Positions 1 to 10,230 of a stretch of 57,828 nt of DNA are shown here, one piece after another. This DNA is from a bacterium (lineage in GTDB: Bacteria; Zixibacteria; MSB-5A5; GN15; FEB-12). Below the pieces are notes generated by a model. That model did not search any database. It saw only the letters and a list, made by a program, of their open reading frames with translations, and had not been told where the DNA came from. Made by a program: the position numbers and the translations under genes. The stretch spans positions 1 to 57,828 of the forward strand of contig JBDRNJ010000011.1 of the NCBI GenBank assembly GCA_043811375.1, written 5' to 3'. Each line of letters opens with the position of its first letter. Positions within the stretch are counted from its first letter, which is position 1.

Positions 1-2780
1 GCCGCCGAATCATCGGTAGCATAAAAAGTCACAAAATATGTCCCGGCATCGAAAAAGTCCGGCGTCCAGGTGAAAGTCCCGGTGCCGTTACCATTATCCG
101 TAAACCCGGCCGTACCCGGCAGAGTCGAAGTCGTCAAGACCGGCGTACTCTCAATGTCTGAGGCCGAAACACCAAACGTCAGCAGCACGTCCTCAGTGCC
201 CGACTGAGTCCCTATTGCAGCCAGCACCGGTAACTGATTACCGGCATCGGCGATATCGATCTGTACTATCTCAGAGTCAACCGCCGCCGAATCATCGGTA
301 GCGTAAAACGTCACATAATATGTCCCGGCATCGAAAAAGCCCGGCGTCCAGTTAAAGGTTCCGGTGCCGTCACCATTGTCGGTGAACCCGGCCGTGCCCG
401 GCAGAGTCGAAGTCGTCAATACCGGCGTGCTTTCAATATCTGAGGCCGAAATGCCAAACGTCAGCAGTACGTCCTCACTGCCGCTCTGTGTCCCGATTGT
501 CGCCAGCACCGGCAGTTGATTACCGGCATCGGCGATATCGATCTGTACTATCTCAGAGTCAACCGCCGCCGAGTCATCGGTAGCGTAGAAAGTTACATAA
601 TAGGTCCCGGCATAGAAAAAGCCCGGCGTCCAGTTAAAGGTCCCGGTGCCGTCACCATTGTCAGTGAAACCGGCCGTGCCCGGAAGAATCGAGGTCGTCA
701 AGGCAGGCGTGCTCTCGGCATCACTGGCCGTCACCCCAAATGTCAACAGCACGTCCTCAGTACCAGACTGAGTGCCTATTGCTGCAAGCACCGGCGCCTG
801 GTTACCGGCCTCAGCGATATCAATCTGCACAATCTCAGAGTCAACCGCCGCCGAATCATCGGTAGCGTAGAACTTCACATAATATGTCCCGGCATCGAAA
901 AAGCCCGGCGTCCAGTTAAAGGTCCCGGTGCCGTCGCCATTATCGGTGAAACCGGCCGTACCCGGCAGGGTCGACGTCGTCAATACCGGCGTACTCTCAA
1001 TGTCTGAGGCCGAAACGCCAAACGTCAGCAGCACGTCCTCAGTACCGCTCTGTGTCCCGATCGACACCAGCACCGGCTGCTGGTTACCGGCATCGGCAAT
1101 ATCGATCTGTACTATCTCACTGTCAACAGCCGCCGAATCATCGGTAGCGTAGAAACTCACATAGTATGTCCCGGCATCGAAGAAGCCCGGCGTCCAGGTG
1201 AAAGTTCCGGTGCCGTCGCCATTGTCGGTAAACCCGGCAGTGCCCGGCAGAATCGAAGTCGTCAAGGCAGGTGTGCTCTCGGCATCACTGGCCGAAACGC
1301 CAAACGTCAGCAGCACGTCCTCACTGCCGCTCTGTGTCCCAATCGACGCCAGCACCGGCAGTTGATTACCGGCATCGGCGATATCGATCTGCACTATCTC
1401 ACTGTCAACCGCCGCTGAATCATCGGTAGCGTAGAAAGTTACAAAGTATGTCCCGGCATCGAAAAAGCCCGGCGTCCAGTTAAAGGTCCCGGTGCCGTCG
1501 CCATTATCCGTAAACCCGGCCGTGCCCGGTAGAGTCGAGGTCGTCAAGGCAGGCGTGCTCTCGGCATCGGTTGCCGACACACCAAATGTCAACAGCACGT
1601 CCTCAGTACCAGACTGAGTGCCTATTGCAGTCAGCACCGGCGCCTGGTTACCGGCCTCAGCGATATCGATCTGCACGATCTCACTGTCAACCGCCGCCGA
1701 ATCATCGGTAGCGTAGAAAGTCACAAAATATGCGCCGGCATCGTTGAACGAAGGCGTCCAGCTAAAGTCACCGGTGCCGTCACCATTGTCTGTAAACCCG
1801 GCTGTGCCCGGCAGAGTTGTGGTCGTTAAAGTCGGCGTGCTCTCACCATCGGTAGCCGACACGCCAAATGTCAACAAGACATTCTCGGCCCCTGACTGCG
1901 TTCCAATCGACACCAGCACCGGCGCCTGGTTGCCGGCCTCAAGTATAGTGATTGTGATCAGCTCGGAATCGACAGCCATAGAATCGTCAGCAGCATAGAA
2001 CATGACCGGGAAACTTCCGGAGCTCGTGTAGCTCGTGGACCAGTCAAATGTCCCCGTACCGTCACCGTGGTCCGTAAAGATAGCTATCCCCGGAAGCACT
2101 GAGGTTATCAGCGTTGGTATGTTTTCCGCGTCAGTTGCGGAAATACCAAATATGAGTTGAAAGCCTTCAGTGGTACTCCTATTCCCGATTGTCGCCAGCA
2201 CCGGCAACTGGTTACCGGCATCGGCGATATCAATCTGGACTATCTCACTGTCAACCGCCGCCGAATCATCGGTCGCGTAGAAGATCACATAATGCGTACC
2301 ACCATCGATGAATGAAGGCGTCCAGTTAAAGGTTCCGGTGCCGTCACCATTGTCGGTGAACCCGGCTGTGCCTGGTAAAGTCGAAGTCGTCAAGACCGGC
2401 GTACTCTCAATGTCTGAGGCCGATACCCCAAACGTCAGCAAGACATTCTCGGTCCCTGGCTGCGTTCCGATCGGATTAAGCACTGGTAAACCGTTGATGT
2501 CGTTAACAGTGATAACGACAATCTCCGAATCGACATCGGCAGTAACAGCGTCATTGGCATAAAAAGTAACGTTGTAAACTCCCGCCTGGAAATGTGTGGG
2601 CGTCCAGTCAAACGTGCCGGTACCGTCATGAGCATCTGTAAACGTTGCCCCAGTTGGCAGAGTTGAAGTCGTCAGGCTTGGTATCGTCAGATCTGCATCA
2701 CTGGCGGATACCCCAAAGTTGAGAACCTGTCCCTCGTTTATATTCTGAGGACCAATAGGATCGAGCGCCGGTGCGGCTGC
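1..2780. repeat. Intragenic tandem array of about ten 282-bp units
   Basis: The motif gccgccgaatcatcggtagc or close variants recurs at 1, 283, 565, 847, 1129, 1411, 1693, 1975 and 2257, an exact 282-bp period. Confidence 0.97.
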
Positions 2781-2849
2781 CTGCGCTCCTGCGGCAGCAA
2801 CCAGAATGACCAGAGTCAAAACACCGGCTATGAATTTCATTCTCAGCAT
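1..2849 (-). CDS. Giant secreted tandem Ig/cadherin-like (tandem-95-type) repeat protein, probable adhesin; 3' end beyond window
   Basis: Absent from the ORF track because there is no stop in the window. ATG at 2849 follows GGAGG. Signal peptide MLRMKFIAGVLTLVILVAAAGAQA, then about 10 repeats of 94 aa (NQxPVLxxIGTQSGxEDVLLTFGVSASDxESTPxLTTSTLPGTAGFTDNGDGTGTFxWTPxFFDAGTYxVTFYATDDSAAVDSEIVQIDIA). Frame is open to position 1. Confidence 0.92.
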   Translation of the reverse strand, partial: MLRMKFIAGVLTLVILVAAAGAQAAAPALDPIGPQNINEGQVLNFGVSASDADLTIPSLTTSTLPTGATFTDAHDGTGTFDWTPTHFQAGVYNVTFYANDAVTADVDSEIVVITVNDINGLPVLNPIGTQPGTENVLLTFGVSASDIESTPVLTTSTLPGTAGFTDNGDGTGTFNWTPSFIDGGTHYVIFYATDDSAAVDSEIVQIDIADAGNQLPVLATIGNRSTTEGFQLIFGISATDAENIPTLITSVLPGIAIFTDHGDGTGTFDWSTSYTSSGSFPVMFYAADDSMAVDSELITITILEAGNQAPVLVSIGTQSGAENVLLTFGVSATDGESTPTLTTTTLPGTAGFTDNGDGTGDFSWTPSFNDAGAYFVTFYATDDSAAVDSEIVQIDIAEAGNQAPVLTAIGTQSGTEDVLLTFGVSATDAESTPALTTSTLPGTAGFTDNGDGTGTFNWTPGFFDAGTYFVTFYATDDSAAVDSEIVQIDIADAGNQLPVLASIGTQSGSEDVLLTFGVSASDAESTPALTTSILPGTAGFTDNGDGTGTFTWTPGFFDAGTYYVSFYATDDSAAVDSEIVQIDIADAGNQQPVLVSIGTQSGTEDVLLTFGVSASDIESTPVLTTSTLPGTAGFTDNGDGTGTFNWTPGFFDAGTYYVKFYATDDSAAVDSEIVQIDIAEAGNQAPVLAAIGTQSGTEDVLLTFGVTASDAESTPALTTSILPGTAGFTDNGDGTGTFNWTPGFFYAGTYYVTFYATDDSAAVDSEIVQIDIADAGNQLPVLATIGTQSGSEDVLLTFGISASDIESTPVLTTSTLPGTAGFTDNGDGTGTFNWTPGFFDAGTYYVTFYATDDSAAVDSEIVQIDIADAGNQLPVLAAIGTQSGTEDVLLTFGVSASDIESTPVLTTSTLPGTAGFTDNGNGTGTFTWTPDFFDAGTYFVTFYATDDSA

Positions 2850-2867
2850 ATTTCCCTATCCTCCACG

Positions 2868-5525
2868 CTACTTCAGCAGGAGCATTTTTTTGGATGAACT
2901 TTCCTGGCCAACCCTCAGCCGGTATAGATAAATTCCGGTGGCCACCTGGCGACCGGAACCGTTGGTGGCATCCCAATCCACCTGGTATTGTCCTGGCGTG
3001 AGCTTCTTGTCCAGCAGTGTCCTGACACACTGGCCCAGGATATTAAAGATATCCAGCCTCACTTGCTGTGTCAGCGACCCATCCGAGGCCGCCCCCAGTG
3101 AGAACTCGATAGTGGTAATCGGATTGAAAGGATTCGGGTAATTCTGCTGCAGAGCAAACGAGGTCGGCAGCAACGGCTCAATACCATCTGTTCTGACCGG
3201 CCTGGCGGCAGGAGTGGACAGCAGAGCACGCGTTAATCGCACCCGCGACTGATCACCTGATTCAACTACTGTAAAGGCCCTGACCGGAACACTAAGCAAC
3301 TCGGCTTCACCTTCCTGAATCATGTCTTGCGTCCTTAAGGGACTCTTGAAATAGAGCAGGGCGGTGAACCTCCCCCGGCCATTATCCGTGGAACTCAGCA
3401 CCATGCGATCGACCTCGCTGCTCAGAATCGGATTGCCCAGAATCATCGTGTTCGGGTCGTACCTGATCTCCAATTGCACACCGGCGATCCGGGTGGGAAG
3501 TTCGGACTTGACTACCAGGAACTCCACCATACCGGTCTGCAGATCCGGATACTCAAGTTCCACGGTGGCGAAACCACCCTCGAAGAATTCACCGGCTGCC
3601 GGTGAAAGCGGGATACCAAATATGAGGTTAATTATCCCCACCAGGTCGAACACATTAATAGTGCTGTCAATAATCACGTCTCCGGCTGCAAACTGCCGGG
3701 GAGTAAGAGTATAGTTGCCCAGAATAGTACCCACCACGTTCACCGCGTCGGCCACGTCCACCCGTTTGTCGAGGTTGACATCACCGGCACGATCCACCTG
3801 GATTATTCCCGAGTCGGTCACCAGCGGCAGAGACGGATAATCGGGATCGGGGTTGACAGACTCCCAGCCGTCCTCAAGCAGGACAGTATAGTCGCCCGGT
3901 ATAGCAGTGGTGTCGATTGTCATTACGGCATACAAAATCGCCGTGCTGGCGGTATCGGTAACAATCGGTTCGTTGGCAACACCAAACGCCACCACCTTAA
4001 TACGGCCCGGTGTCTGACCGATGTTGTCATAAATAACATAGTTCTCTGTCCGCGGGGTTGTTATAAAGGAATCAACCTCGAAATAATCATAGTCAAAAAC
4101 GAAATCAAACTGCACACCGTAGACGGTTTGAGAGGTAACCAGGTTAATGGGAAACAACACTGACCGCGCTCCCGGCAGGCCCCCCACCGGCGACTGGCCC
4201 TCGGCCGAGGTGGTGAACAACCGGTCAAACGGTATTTCATTCACCGTGATCGAAAGTGACAACTGCCGTGTACCCCCGACCTTTCCGTCATCCGCCAGGA
4301 AGGTCGCCTGGTAAACTCCCACCTGTGAATAGTCAGGCGTAAAACTGAAATTCCCACTCACCGAACCAACACCTACTACCGGGTTGGTCGGACCGAAAGA
4401 GGCATTGCCCGGCAGCGAAGTGCCCGTCAACGTAATATTATCATTGTCGGCATCTGTTGACGTTACCTGCAGAGCCAGCGTTTGCCCCTGGTCGATCTCA
4501 TAGCTGGTCTGTGTCGGCTGCGTAAACACCGGTCGGCTATTGGACCCGGCCGGGATGACCGTAATGGTCACACTGGCATAGGAGTGGCCGTCGGCGTTTT
4601 CCGCGTCCATAGTGTAGATGGTCGTTGTCGTTGGGCTCACCGACTGCGCCCCGCTGGAGGAGACGGCACCCAAACCGGATATCGTCACTCCCAGCGTCGC
4701 GTTCGTGACCTCCCAGGAAAGCGTAGTGGCATCACCCTCGTCTATTGTCGTCTCGGTTGCCGTAAAGGAATTGATCACCGGCAGGTCGAGTCCCGCCTGG
4801 AAACTGATCACGCCGTTTACCTCCTGCAATCGGTGTAAAGGCGCCCCGGTGGAATCGTAGTACTGCGAGAATATACAGCCTATCGTATCTGGAGGAATCG
4901 AGTCATTCGCCTTCGCTGCCCGGTAGAATGAAATGGTCGTACTGGTGCCTGTCGCAGCCCCGGGGTCAATGTCGAAGGGAATGAAAAAGACAGCGCCGGT
5001 GTCGGCAAGTATGGAATGCTCCGGTTCGAAGAAACCCACTGGATAGACTACTAATTTGACCCGCTTCCGGCCTGCCGGCGGATCGAAATCCACTTCATCC
5101 ACCACCCGCGGGATACCCTTGGCCTGGTTGAACCGACTATTGAAAGTGAACAAGTAGTCGGTAACGATTAACGTATCGATGACGGTGTCCGATGTATCGC
5201 ACACTATAGTATCGCCTTCGGGTCTAACCGAATCGTGACACTCTATAAAAAGAGCCGTATCGATGGTCGAGTCGACCGACAGAAACTGAGGATTGATCAG
5301 GGCGGAGTCGAATTCCAGATAGATCTGCAAACCGGCAATATCATACTCATTTGTGATCGAGATCGGAACTACCACCGTTTCCCCCGGCAGTCCCGAGGTG
5401 CCGACAACGAACGCCGTGTCCGTGCTGAACTTGTCAAACTCGTTACAGGATCCCTGCGCCCGGGAAATCCCGGTTAACATCAAAAACATTACCAGACTAA
5501 TTCCGGCTACTCTCGTCAATCTCAT
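2868..5525 (-). CDS. Secreted scaffoldin-like protein: cohesin, Ig, cadherin-like, cohesin, dockerin, cohesin-like, FlgD-Ig/T9SS type A C-terminal domain
   Basis: ATG 5525 with GGAGG; signal peptide. Cohesin-like motifs GLPGETVVVPISITNEYDIAGLQIYLEFD and VYGVQFDFVFD. Dockerin GDVNLDKRVDVADAV...GDVIIDSTINVFDLV. C-terminus FALQQNYPNPFNPITTI...GIYLYRL...KKMLLLK. Confidence 0.88.
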   Translation of the reverse strand: MRLTRVAGISLVMFLMLTGISRAQGSCNEFDKFSTDTAFVVGTSGLPGETVVVPISITNEYDIAGLQIYLEFDSALINPQFLSVDSTIDTALFIECHDSVRPEGDTIVCDTSDTVIDTLIVTDYLFTFNSRFNQAKGIPRVVDEVDFDPPAGRKRVKLVVYPVGFFEPEHSILADTGAVFFIPFDIDPGAATGTSTTISFYRAAKANDSIPPDTIGCIFSQYYDSTGAPLHRLQEVNGVISFQAGLDLPVINSFTATETTIDEGDATTLSWEVTNATLGVTISGLGAVSSSGAQSVSPTTTTIYTMDAENADGHSYASVTITVIPAGSNSRPVFTQPTQTSYEIDQGQTLALQVTSTDADNDNITLTGTSLPGNASFGPTNPVVGVGSVSGNFSFTPDYSQVGVYQATFLADDGKVGGTRQLSLSITVNEIPFDRLFTTSAEGQSPVGGLPGARSVLFPINLVTSQTVYGVQFDFVFDYDYFEVDSFITTPRTENYVIYDNIGQTPGRIKVVAFGVANEPIVTDTASTAILYAVMTIDTTAIPGDYTVLLEDGWESVNPDPDYPSLPLVTDSGIIQVDRAGDVNLDKRVDVADAVNVVGTILGNYTLTPRQFAAGDVIIDSTINVFDLVGIINLIFGIPLSPAAGEFFEGGFATVELEYPDLQTGMVEFLVVKSELPTRIAGVQLEIRYDPNTMILGNPILSSEVDRMVLSSTDNGRGRFTALLYFKSPLRTQDMIQEGEAELLSVPVRAFTVVESGDQSRVRLTRALLSTPAARPVRTDGIEPLLPTSFALQQNYPNPFNPITTIEFSLGAASDGSLTQQVRLDIFNILGQCVRTLLDKKLTPGQYQVDWDATNGSGRQVATGIYLYRLRVGQESSSKKMLLLK

Positions 5526-6202
5526 CAGAACCTCCAAAAAGGCCGAATGTTATGTTTTATCAACAAACCCCGGCGCTCTAAAAATGGCGCCAGGTCATTA
5601 TTTCACATCAAGTTCCTGATCGAGCCAAGCGGTTGAACAGATATCGTCCCATCTACAAGTGTGGACCGATCAGTATCATAAACTACTCCAAAGTACATCA
5701 ATGAACCAAATCTCTCTTTATAACACATGGTTCTCGACAACTATCTTCCGAGCAATAACCAGACCGGAAGAAAACTTTCCGTTCCTGTTGTTTCGCCTGC
5801 CCCCTCAAAGACAGACTTCAGACAAAACTCCTATAGCCAGAGCCGCCAAGTCCGTTTAGTGGCAAGTGTCGCAATGGCTTACCGGTTGTCACCAACCGCT
5901 GTTAATTCCCTTAACAAAGGTGACGATCAAACCTCCGTGACAAGCCATGATTCGAAGTAACTTTGATATGCATCCGGTTTCCCCACCGAGCTATTGCACC
6001 TGACTGCATTACTGCAAATCTGTGCACAATCGCTTGCTCGGCCGAAACCGCCTCCCCAGACAAAAAAATAACGGCCCCCGCAAAGTTTTGTTGCTGTATT
6101 GCCCTAACTTGTGAGGCCATCTTATTTAATCTCTAAAACCGTATATCTGTCAGTTTCTTCTTTCCTTAACAATTATCCTAAATCTTTCCTCCTTAGTTCT
6201 AA

Positions 6203-6232
6203 AACCCCCGGAGAGGGATTAACCTCTCCGGA
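6203..6232 (-). terminator. Probable intrinsic terminator of the 860-aa gene
   Basis: Stem ccggagagg/cctctccgg just past the stop, followed by a short T-run on the minus strand. Confidence 0.55.
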
Positions 6233-6256
6233 GATAGATGTCAGTCATAGACTGAC

Positions 6257-8839
6257 TTACTTCAGCAGAACCATCTTCTTGGTGGCTGAGAATTCACCGG
6301 CATTCAACTTGTAGAAGTAGATACCGGAGGCCATATCAGAAGCATTCCACTCAACCGAAACCGTACCGGCTTCGGAAGTACCGCTGAACTCAGTGACAAC
6401 CTGACCAGTCACGTTGTAAATGGTCAGATCGTACTCACCGGCAACCGGCAGAGTGAAGCTGACGGTTGTCGTCGGGTTAAACGGGTTAGGATAGTTCTGG
6501 TTCAAAGCATAGTCATGAGGAACCTCAGTCGCCTTGACAACTGAACCCTCATAGCTGCCCAGTTCAATGCTGACTACATCGCCACCCGCACTGATGAACT
6601 CGCCACTGAAGCCGTTACCGGCCAGCGAGTAAACCAGGGCGCGAGTTACGTTCTCGTCGGCATCATAGGCATACTTCATTTCCATCTGGTCAGCCAGCAG
6701 AGTCGGGGTAGCATTGCCCTCGATCACCACCAGGGCAGCGCCCATCTCGGCATCGACAGTAACAACACCCTTGTTAACCACATAAGTGGCTTCCACCGGG
6801 GCCAGCTTGGAATACGGAATAGCGTCGCCAGCAACCACTCTGATCAGGTAGACCAGGTCACCAACCGTCAGCGCCAAACCGTCGGCGTTGCAGTCGGTAG
6901 CCGCGATCTGACCCTGGATGTTGATGTGGAAGGCAGCAAAGCCATAGATGAAGTAGTTGGTGAACACAACCGCGTCAGCGATTTCATGGCCGATGCCATT
7001 GAGGTTGATATCACCGCGAGCGTCGATCGAGTCGGCGCAGACGATGTCAACACCACCGCTGATGAAGTTAATGAACTGGACCGGAGCCGGTTTGTCCACA
7101 CCGCCGCCGATAAGGCACGGCTGCTGGACACCGGTGTAGGTCGGGTAACCAGTGTACATGTCACTGATTTCACCTACCAGGTCAAAGCCATAGACATAGC
7201 GCGAGACAAACAGCGTATCACCAGATACGGAGGAGATAGTGTTGTCGCCACAATCCGTCCAGAACCAGTTAATCGGAGCGAACTGGCACTCGAACAGACG
7301 GTTGTCAGTGACCAGGAAGTCGATGGTGAACAGAGCAAACGGCTTGAGCATCATGAAACAACAGGGATGGAAAGCGCCGTTGTTCAGCTCGGCCATGCCG
7401 ATCACCTTAACGATACCACCCCAGAAGAAGTGGGGCTCGTATGACGGCCAGAACCATGTACGGAAGTTGAAATACTCCCAGCCACAACCCTGGTACATGC
7501 ACAGATCAAACAGAGGACCGGCGATCACGGTCTGGAAGTTCAGAGCCGAACGATCATAGGCCAACAGGAGGTCGAAACCACCCATGTCCTCAGAACCCAA
7601 ATTCAGAGTCACATCGACATACTCGTGCTGTCCCTGAATTGCATAGTGGGTCTTCTCAATCTGGATCTCATACGGCTCGGTGATGAGCACAACGAAATCC
7701 TTCGTGCAGCCACAGGTCGTGTCGCAACCATCGGTCACACCAATGGTGAAGACGTAGGTTTCGCCACCATCGCCGACGGGATAGACACCAGTCGCGGTCT
7801 GGAAGCAAAGCTTACCGGTGGTCGGGCTGATACTGTAAGTACCAACCGGAGCATGCGGCTGAATATCCTGAATGATGAACCAGAACGGGTCACCATCGGG
7901 ATCAACGCCGGTAAAGGTGTGGCAAGCCTCGTTGCCCATACCAACGTCGTTTGACAAACCGCAGTTGCCGTAGGTCGGCGCTTTGTTGGTGGAGATCAGC
8001 GAGACGGTACAGGTAGTTGTCTGACCGGAACCGGTCAGGTCCGTAGCGCCAATCACCAGGGTCGCCGGTGGGTCGCAGAGACCTACCGTACCACTCCATG
8101 TACCGGTGGAGCTGTTGATGCTGCCGGGACCGGAAACAACCGTGTATGTAACGGTACTGCCTTCAGGATCCACGGCGTTGAAGGTATACGTACCCACAGC
8201 CGCGTGATCAATAGACAGATTGGAAACGCAGTTGGTGAATGCCGGCGGGTTGTCCGGCATACTGTAGACAGTGTAGCAGTAGGGGCCACCCCAGCCGGGG
8301 GCATAGTTCATGTTGGGAAAACCCGCTTTGACGGTCGCCCACCACCAGGAACCACCCGGAGGATAGAAGGCCGAGTCGATGCACAGGACTACGTCGCTGT
8401 CATCACAACCGGTCGTTAGCGTGTAAGCATCACCTATGGTGCCATCAGTTATTCCACCCCCTACCGAATAACCACCGTAGCCGATCGTGTCGGCGCCGGT
8501 ACCGGTAATGCTGAAGGGGTTGAAAAAGAAGTTACCACCGGGTAAACGGCCCAACCAACCGAACGCTGCTACGGTGTCCCAGGTGAGGGCATAGAAGGGG
8601 CCGGCATCGGTTCTGCTTACCTCATAACCATTACTGAAAGCACCGACCATGTAACCATCACCAGGGGTGTAAGTGAGTTCGAAGGTGAAGGTGTAGGCTA
8701 CGCCCATTCTAATGCTGTCGGGTCCAAGGCCGGTCGCGGGGGAGATGCCACTCAAGTTGATTTCAGCAGCACCTTGAGCAAGCCCAAACGAAAAAACCAT
8801 CAGAGCTGTTAAAGCAAGAAACATAAAATACCGCTTCAT
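6257..8839 (-). CDS. Secreted protein with Ig/cadherin-like modules, cohesin, dockerin and T9SS type A C-terminal domain
   Basis: AGGAG SD; signal peptide. Cohesin-like QGQHEYVDVTLNLGSEDMGGFDLLLAYD. Dockerin RGDINLNGIGHEIADAV...TDCNADGLALTVGDLVYL. C-terminus LNQNYPNPFNPTTTV...SGIYFYKL...KKMVLLK. Confidence 0.9.
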   Translation of the reverse strand: MKRYFMFLALTALMVFSFGLAQGAAEINLSGISPATGLGPDSIRMGVAYTFTFELTYTPGDGYMVGAFSNGYEVSRTDAGPFYALTWDTVAAFGWLGRLPGGNFFFNPFSITGTGADTIGYGGYSVGGGITDGTIGDAYTLTTGCDDSDVVLCIDSAFYPPGGSWWWATVKAGFPNMNYAPGWGGPYCYTVYSMPDNPPAFTNCVSNLSIDHAAVGTYTFNAVDPEGSTVTYTVVSGPGSINSSTGTWSGTVGLCDPPATLVIGATDLTGSGQTTTCTVSLISTNKAPTYGNCGLSNDVGMGNEACHTFTGVDPDGDPFWFIIQDIQPHAPVGTYSISPTTGKLCFQTATGVYPVGDGGETYVFTIGVTDGCDTTCGCTKDFVVLITEPYEIQIEKTHYAIQGQHEYVDVTLNLGSEDMGGFDLLLAYDRSALNFQTVIAGPLFDLCMYQGCGWEYFNFRTWFWPSYEPHFFWGGIVKVIGMAELNNGAFHPCCFMMLKPFALFTIDFLVTDNRLFECQFAPINWFWTDCGDNTISSVSGDTLFVSRYVYGFDLVGEISDMYTGYPTYTGVQQPCLIGGGVDKPAPVQFINFISGGVDIVCADSIDARGDINLNGIGHEIADAVVFTNYFIYGFAAFHINIQGQIAATDCNADGLALTVGDLVYLIRVVAGDAIPYSKLAPVEATYVVNKGVVTVDAEMGAALVVIEGNATPTLLADQMEMKYAYDADENVTRALVYSLAGNGFSGEFISAGGDVVSIELGSYEGSVVKATEVPHDYALNQNYPNPFNPTTTVSFTLPVAGEYDLTIYNVTGQVVTEFSGTSEAGTVSVEWNASDMASGIYFYKLNAGEFSATKKMVLLK

Positions 8840-9135
8840 TTCTTACTCCTAAATTACTTCGTTTGCAATTAACACATAAACCGTCATATTTATTCTTCCT
8901 TCTTTTCCCCTCGGGTCCCGTCTTGAATCAACCTCGGATGAGAGCCACCAGATCCTGGGCGCATTCGCTACGGGCACAAAAGAATAAACTGACTGTTCTT
9001 TCATTTGAGCGCGTGTCAAAAATACCTCTTTTAAGCGTCCTCCTTCCAACTAATTGGGTTGATAGGTTGTGTCGCGTCACAAGGACACGACAGTTCTCTT
9101 TATTTTGGTTTCTTTTTTCTCAGACTCAAGTCACC

Positions 9136-10230
9136 TCAGCATCCGCATGGTGCCGAACCACCCTGGAACAGAAAGGCCACCAGGTAAGTCAGGTCACCGA
9201 CATTGGGCATCGGGTCAACGTCGCAATCCATATCTGCCGCCGCCACCGGTACCGGTGCTGCTCCGCCCTGGAACAGGTAAGCCACCAGGAACGTCAGGTC
9301 GCCCACATCAACACTCCAGGTCCCATCCACATCGCCGCAGAGATACGACTCCTGTACCGTCAGGGAGCCGTTTTCCAGCGTCACCACATTGGTATCCACG
9401 TAGACAACCTCTTCCATCACCTCTTCGGTAGAATCACACCCCCCCGGCGGCGGCAACGATACCCGTATCCAATTCAGGCAGACATCGCCCGCCCAGGCAG
9501 TACATATCCAGCAGTTGGTGTCGGGGACGGTGTCGGTTTTGAGGCCTATCGAAGACCCGTCCGGGCGAGAAAAGTTGTAGTGGTCAAGGAAGTTATAAAC
9601 AATCATCATCTGGGACGTACGATCCTCAATAGAATCAGGAATCGTAAAAACATCAGCCAGAATCTTTACCAGCGTACCGCCCATCTGCGGCGCAATCCCG
9701 GCCACAAAAGGCGTATCCGCAGTGTTGGCTATTCCGGCAATATTGAGGTCGATCCCGTAACCGGATATCGAACGCGCCTGCATGTACTGCCAACCCGATG
9801 TCAGGCACCCGGTAGTGTCGAAGTTACCGATAACAATGTCGAACGTATCAACCTGATACCAATCCCAGAGGGTGTCTCCCATGGTATCTATCTCCGGCAC
9901 CATATGGGAATCTACGCAGTCAGGGCCAACCCATTCCAGACACTCCCACCAGGTGGTGTCAATGAAAATGCCGCTGTCGGTCTGGAATTCCATGATGTCG
10001 TCCCGGTCAAGCTGTATCCACAGATTAAAACCGGCTACTGTGTCCTGGTAGTTATTCATATAAATAGGTATCGCTGTGTTCTGGGCACCTGATGAAGTCG
10101 TGGTGTCAAACACTTTCACCCAAAGTACCGGCGCTTGCGCTTGTGTCGTCGGACCGGCAAACAAAATCACCAATCCAGCCGCCACAATGATCGAAAAAGC
10201 ACCTCGGAGAGACTTGCTTCGAAAGGACAT
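9136..10230 (-). CDS. Secreted cohesin-like plus C-terminal dockerin protein (adaptor-like)
   Basis: ATG 10230 with GGAGG; signal peptide. Cohesin-like AIPIYMNNYQDTVAGFNLWIQLD. Terminal CGDVDGTWSVDVGDLTFLVAYLFQGG...NVGDLTYLVAFLFQGGSAPCGC. Confidence 0.88.
   Translation of the reverse strand: MSFRSKSLRGAFSIIVAAGLVILFAGPTTQAQAPVLWVKVFDTTTSSGAQNTAIPIYMNNYQDTVAGFNLWIQLDRDDIMEFQTDSGIFIDTTWWECLEWVGPDCVDSHMVPEIDTMGDTLWDWYQVDTFDIVIGNFDTTGCLTSGWQYMQARSISGYGIDLNIAGIANTADTPFVAGIAPQMGGTLVKILADVFTIPDSIEDRTSQMMIVYNFLDHYNFSRPDGSSIGLKTDTVPDTNCWICTAWAGDVCLNWIRVSLPPPGGCDSTEEVMEEVVYVDTNVVTLENGSLTVQESYLCGDVDGTWSVDVGDLTFLVAYLFQGGAAPVPVAAADMDCDVDPMPNVGDLTYLVAFLFQGGSAPCGC

Noticed and set aside
516..2562. Repeated short plus-strand ORFs
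   Set aside because: They are antisense frames of the repeat adhesin.
1..2780. 282-bp repeats as a CRISPR array or DGR template
   Set aside because: The repeats are contiguous, in frame and coding; there are no spacers, cas genes or reverse transcriptase, and no adenine-specific variation was evident.
5540..6200. Riboswitch (for example c-di-GMP) in the intergenic region
   Set aside because: No recognisable consensus on either strand by eye; an Rfam scan is needed to exclude it.
8863..10092. 409-aa plus-strand ORF
   Set aside because: Antisense to the cohesin-dockerin gene; Arg/His-rich shadow composition.
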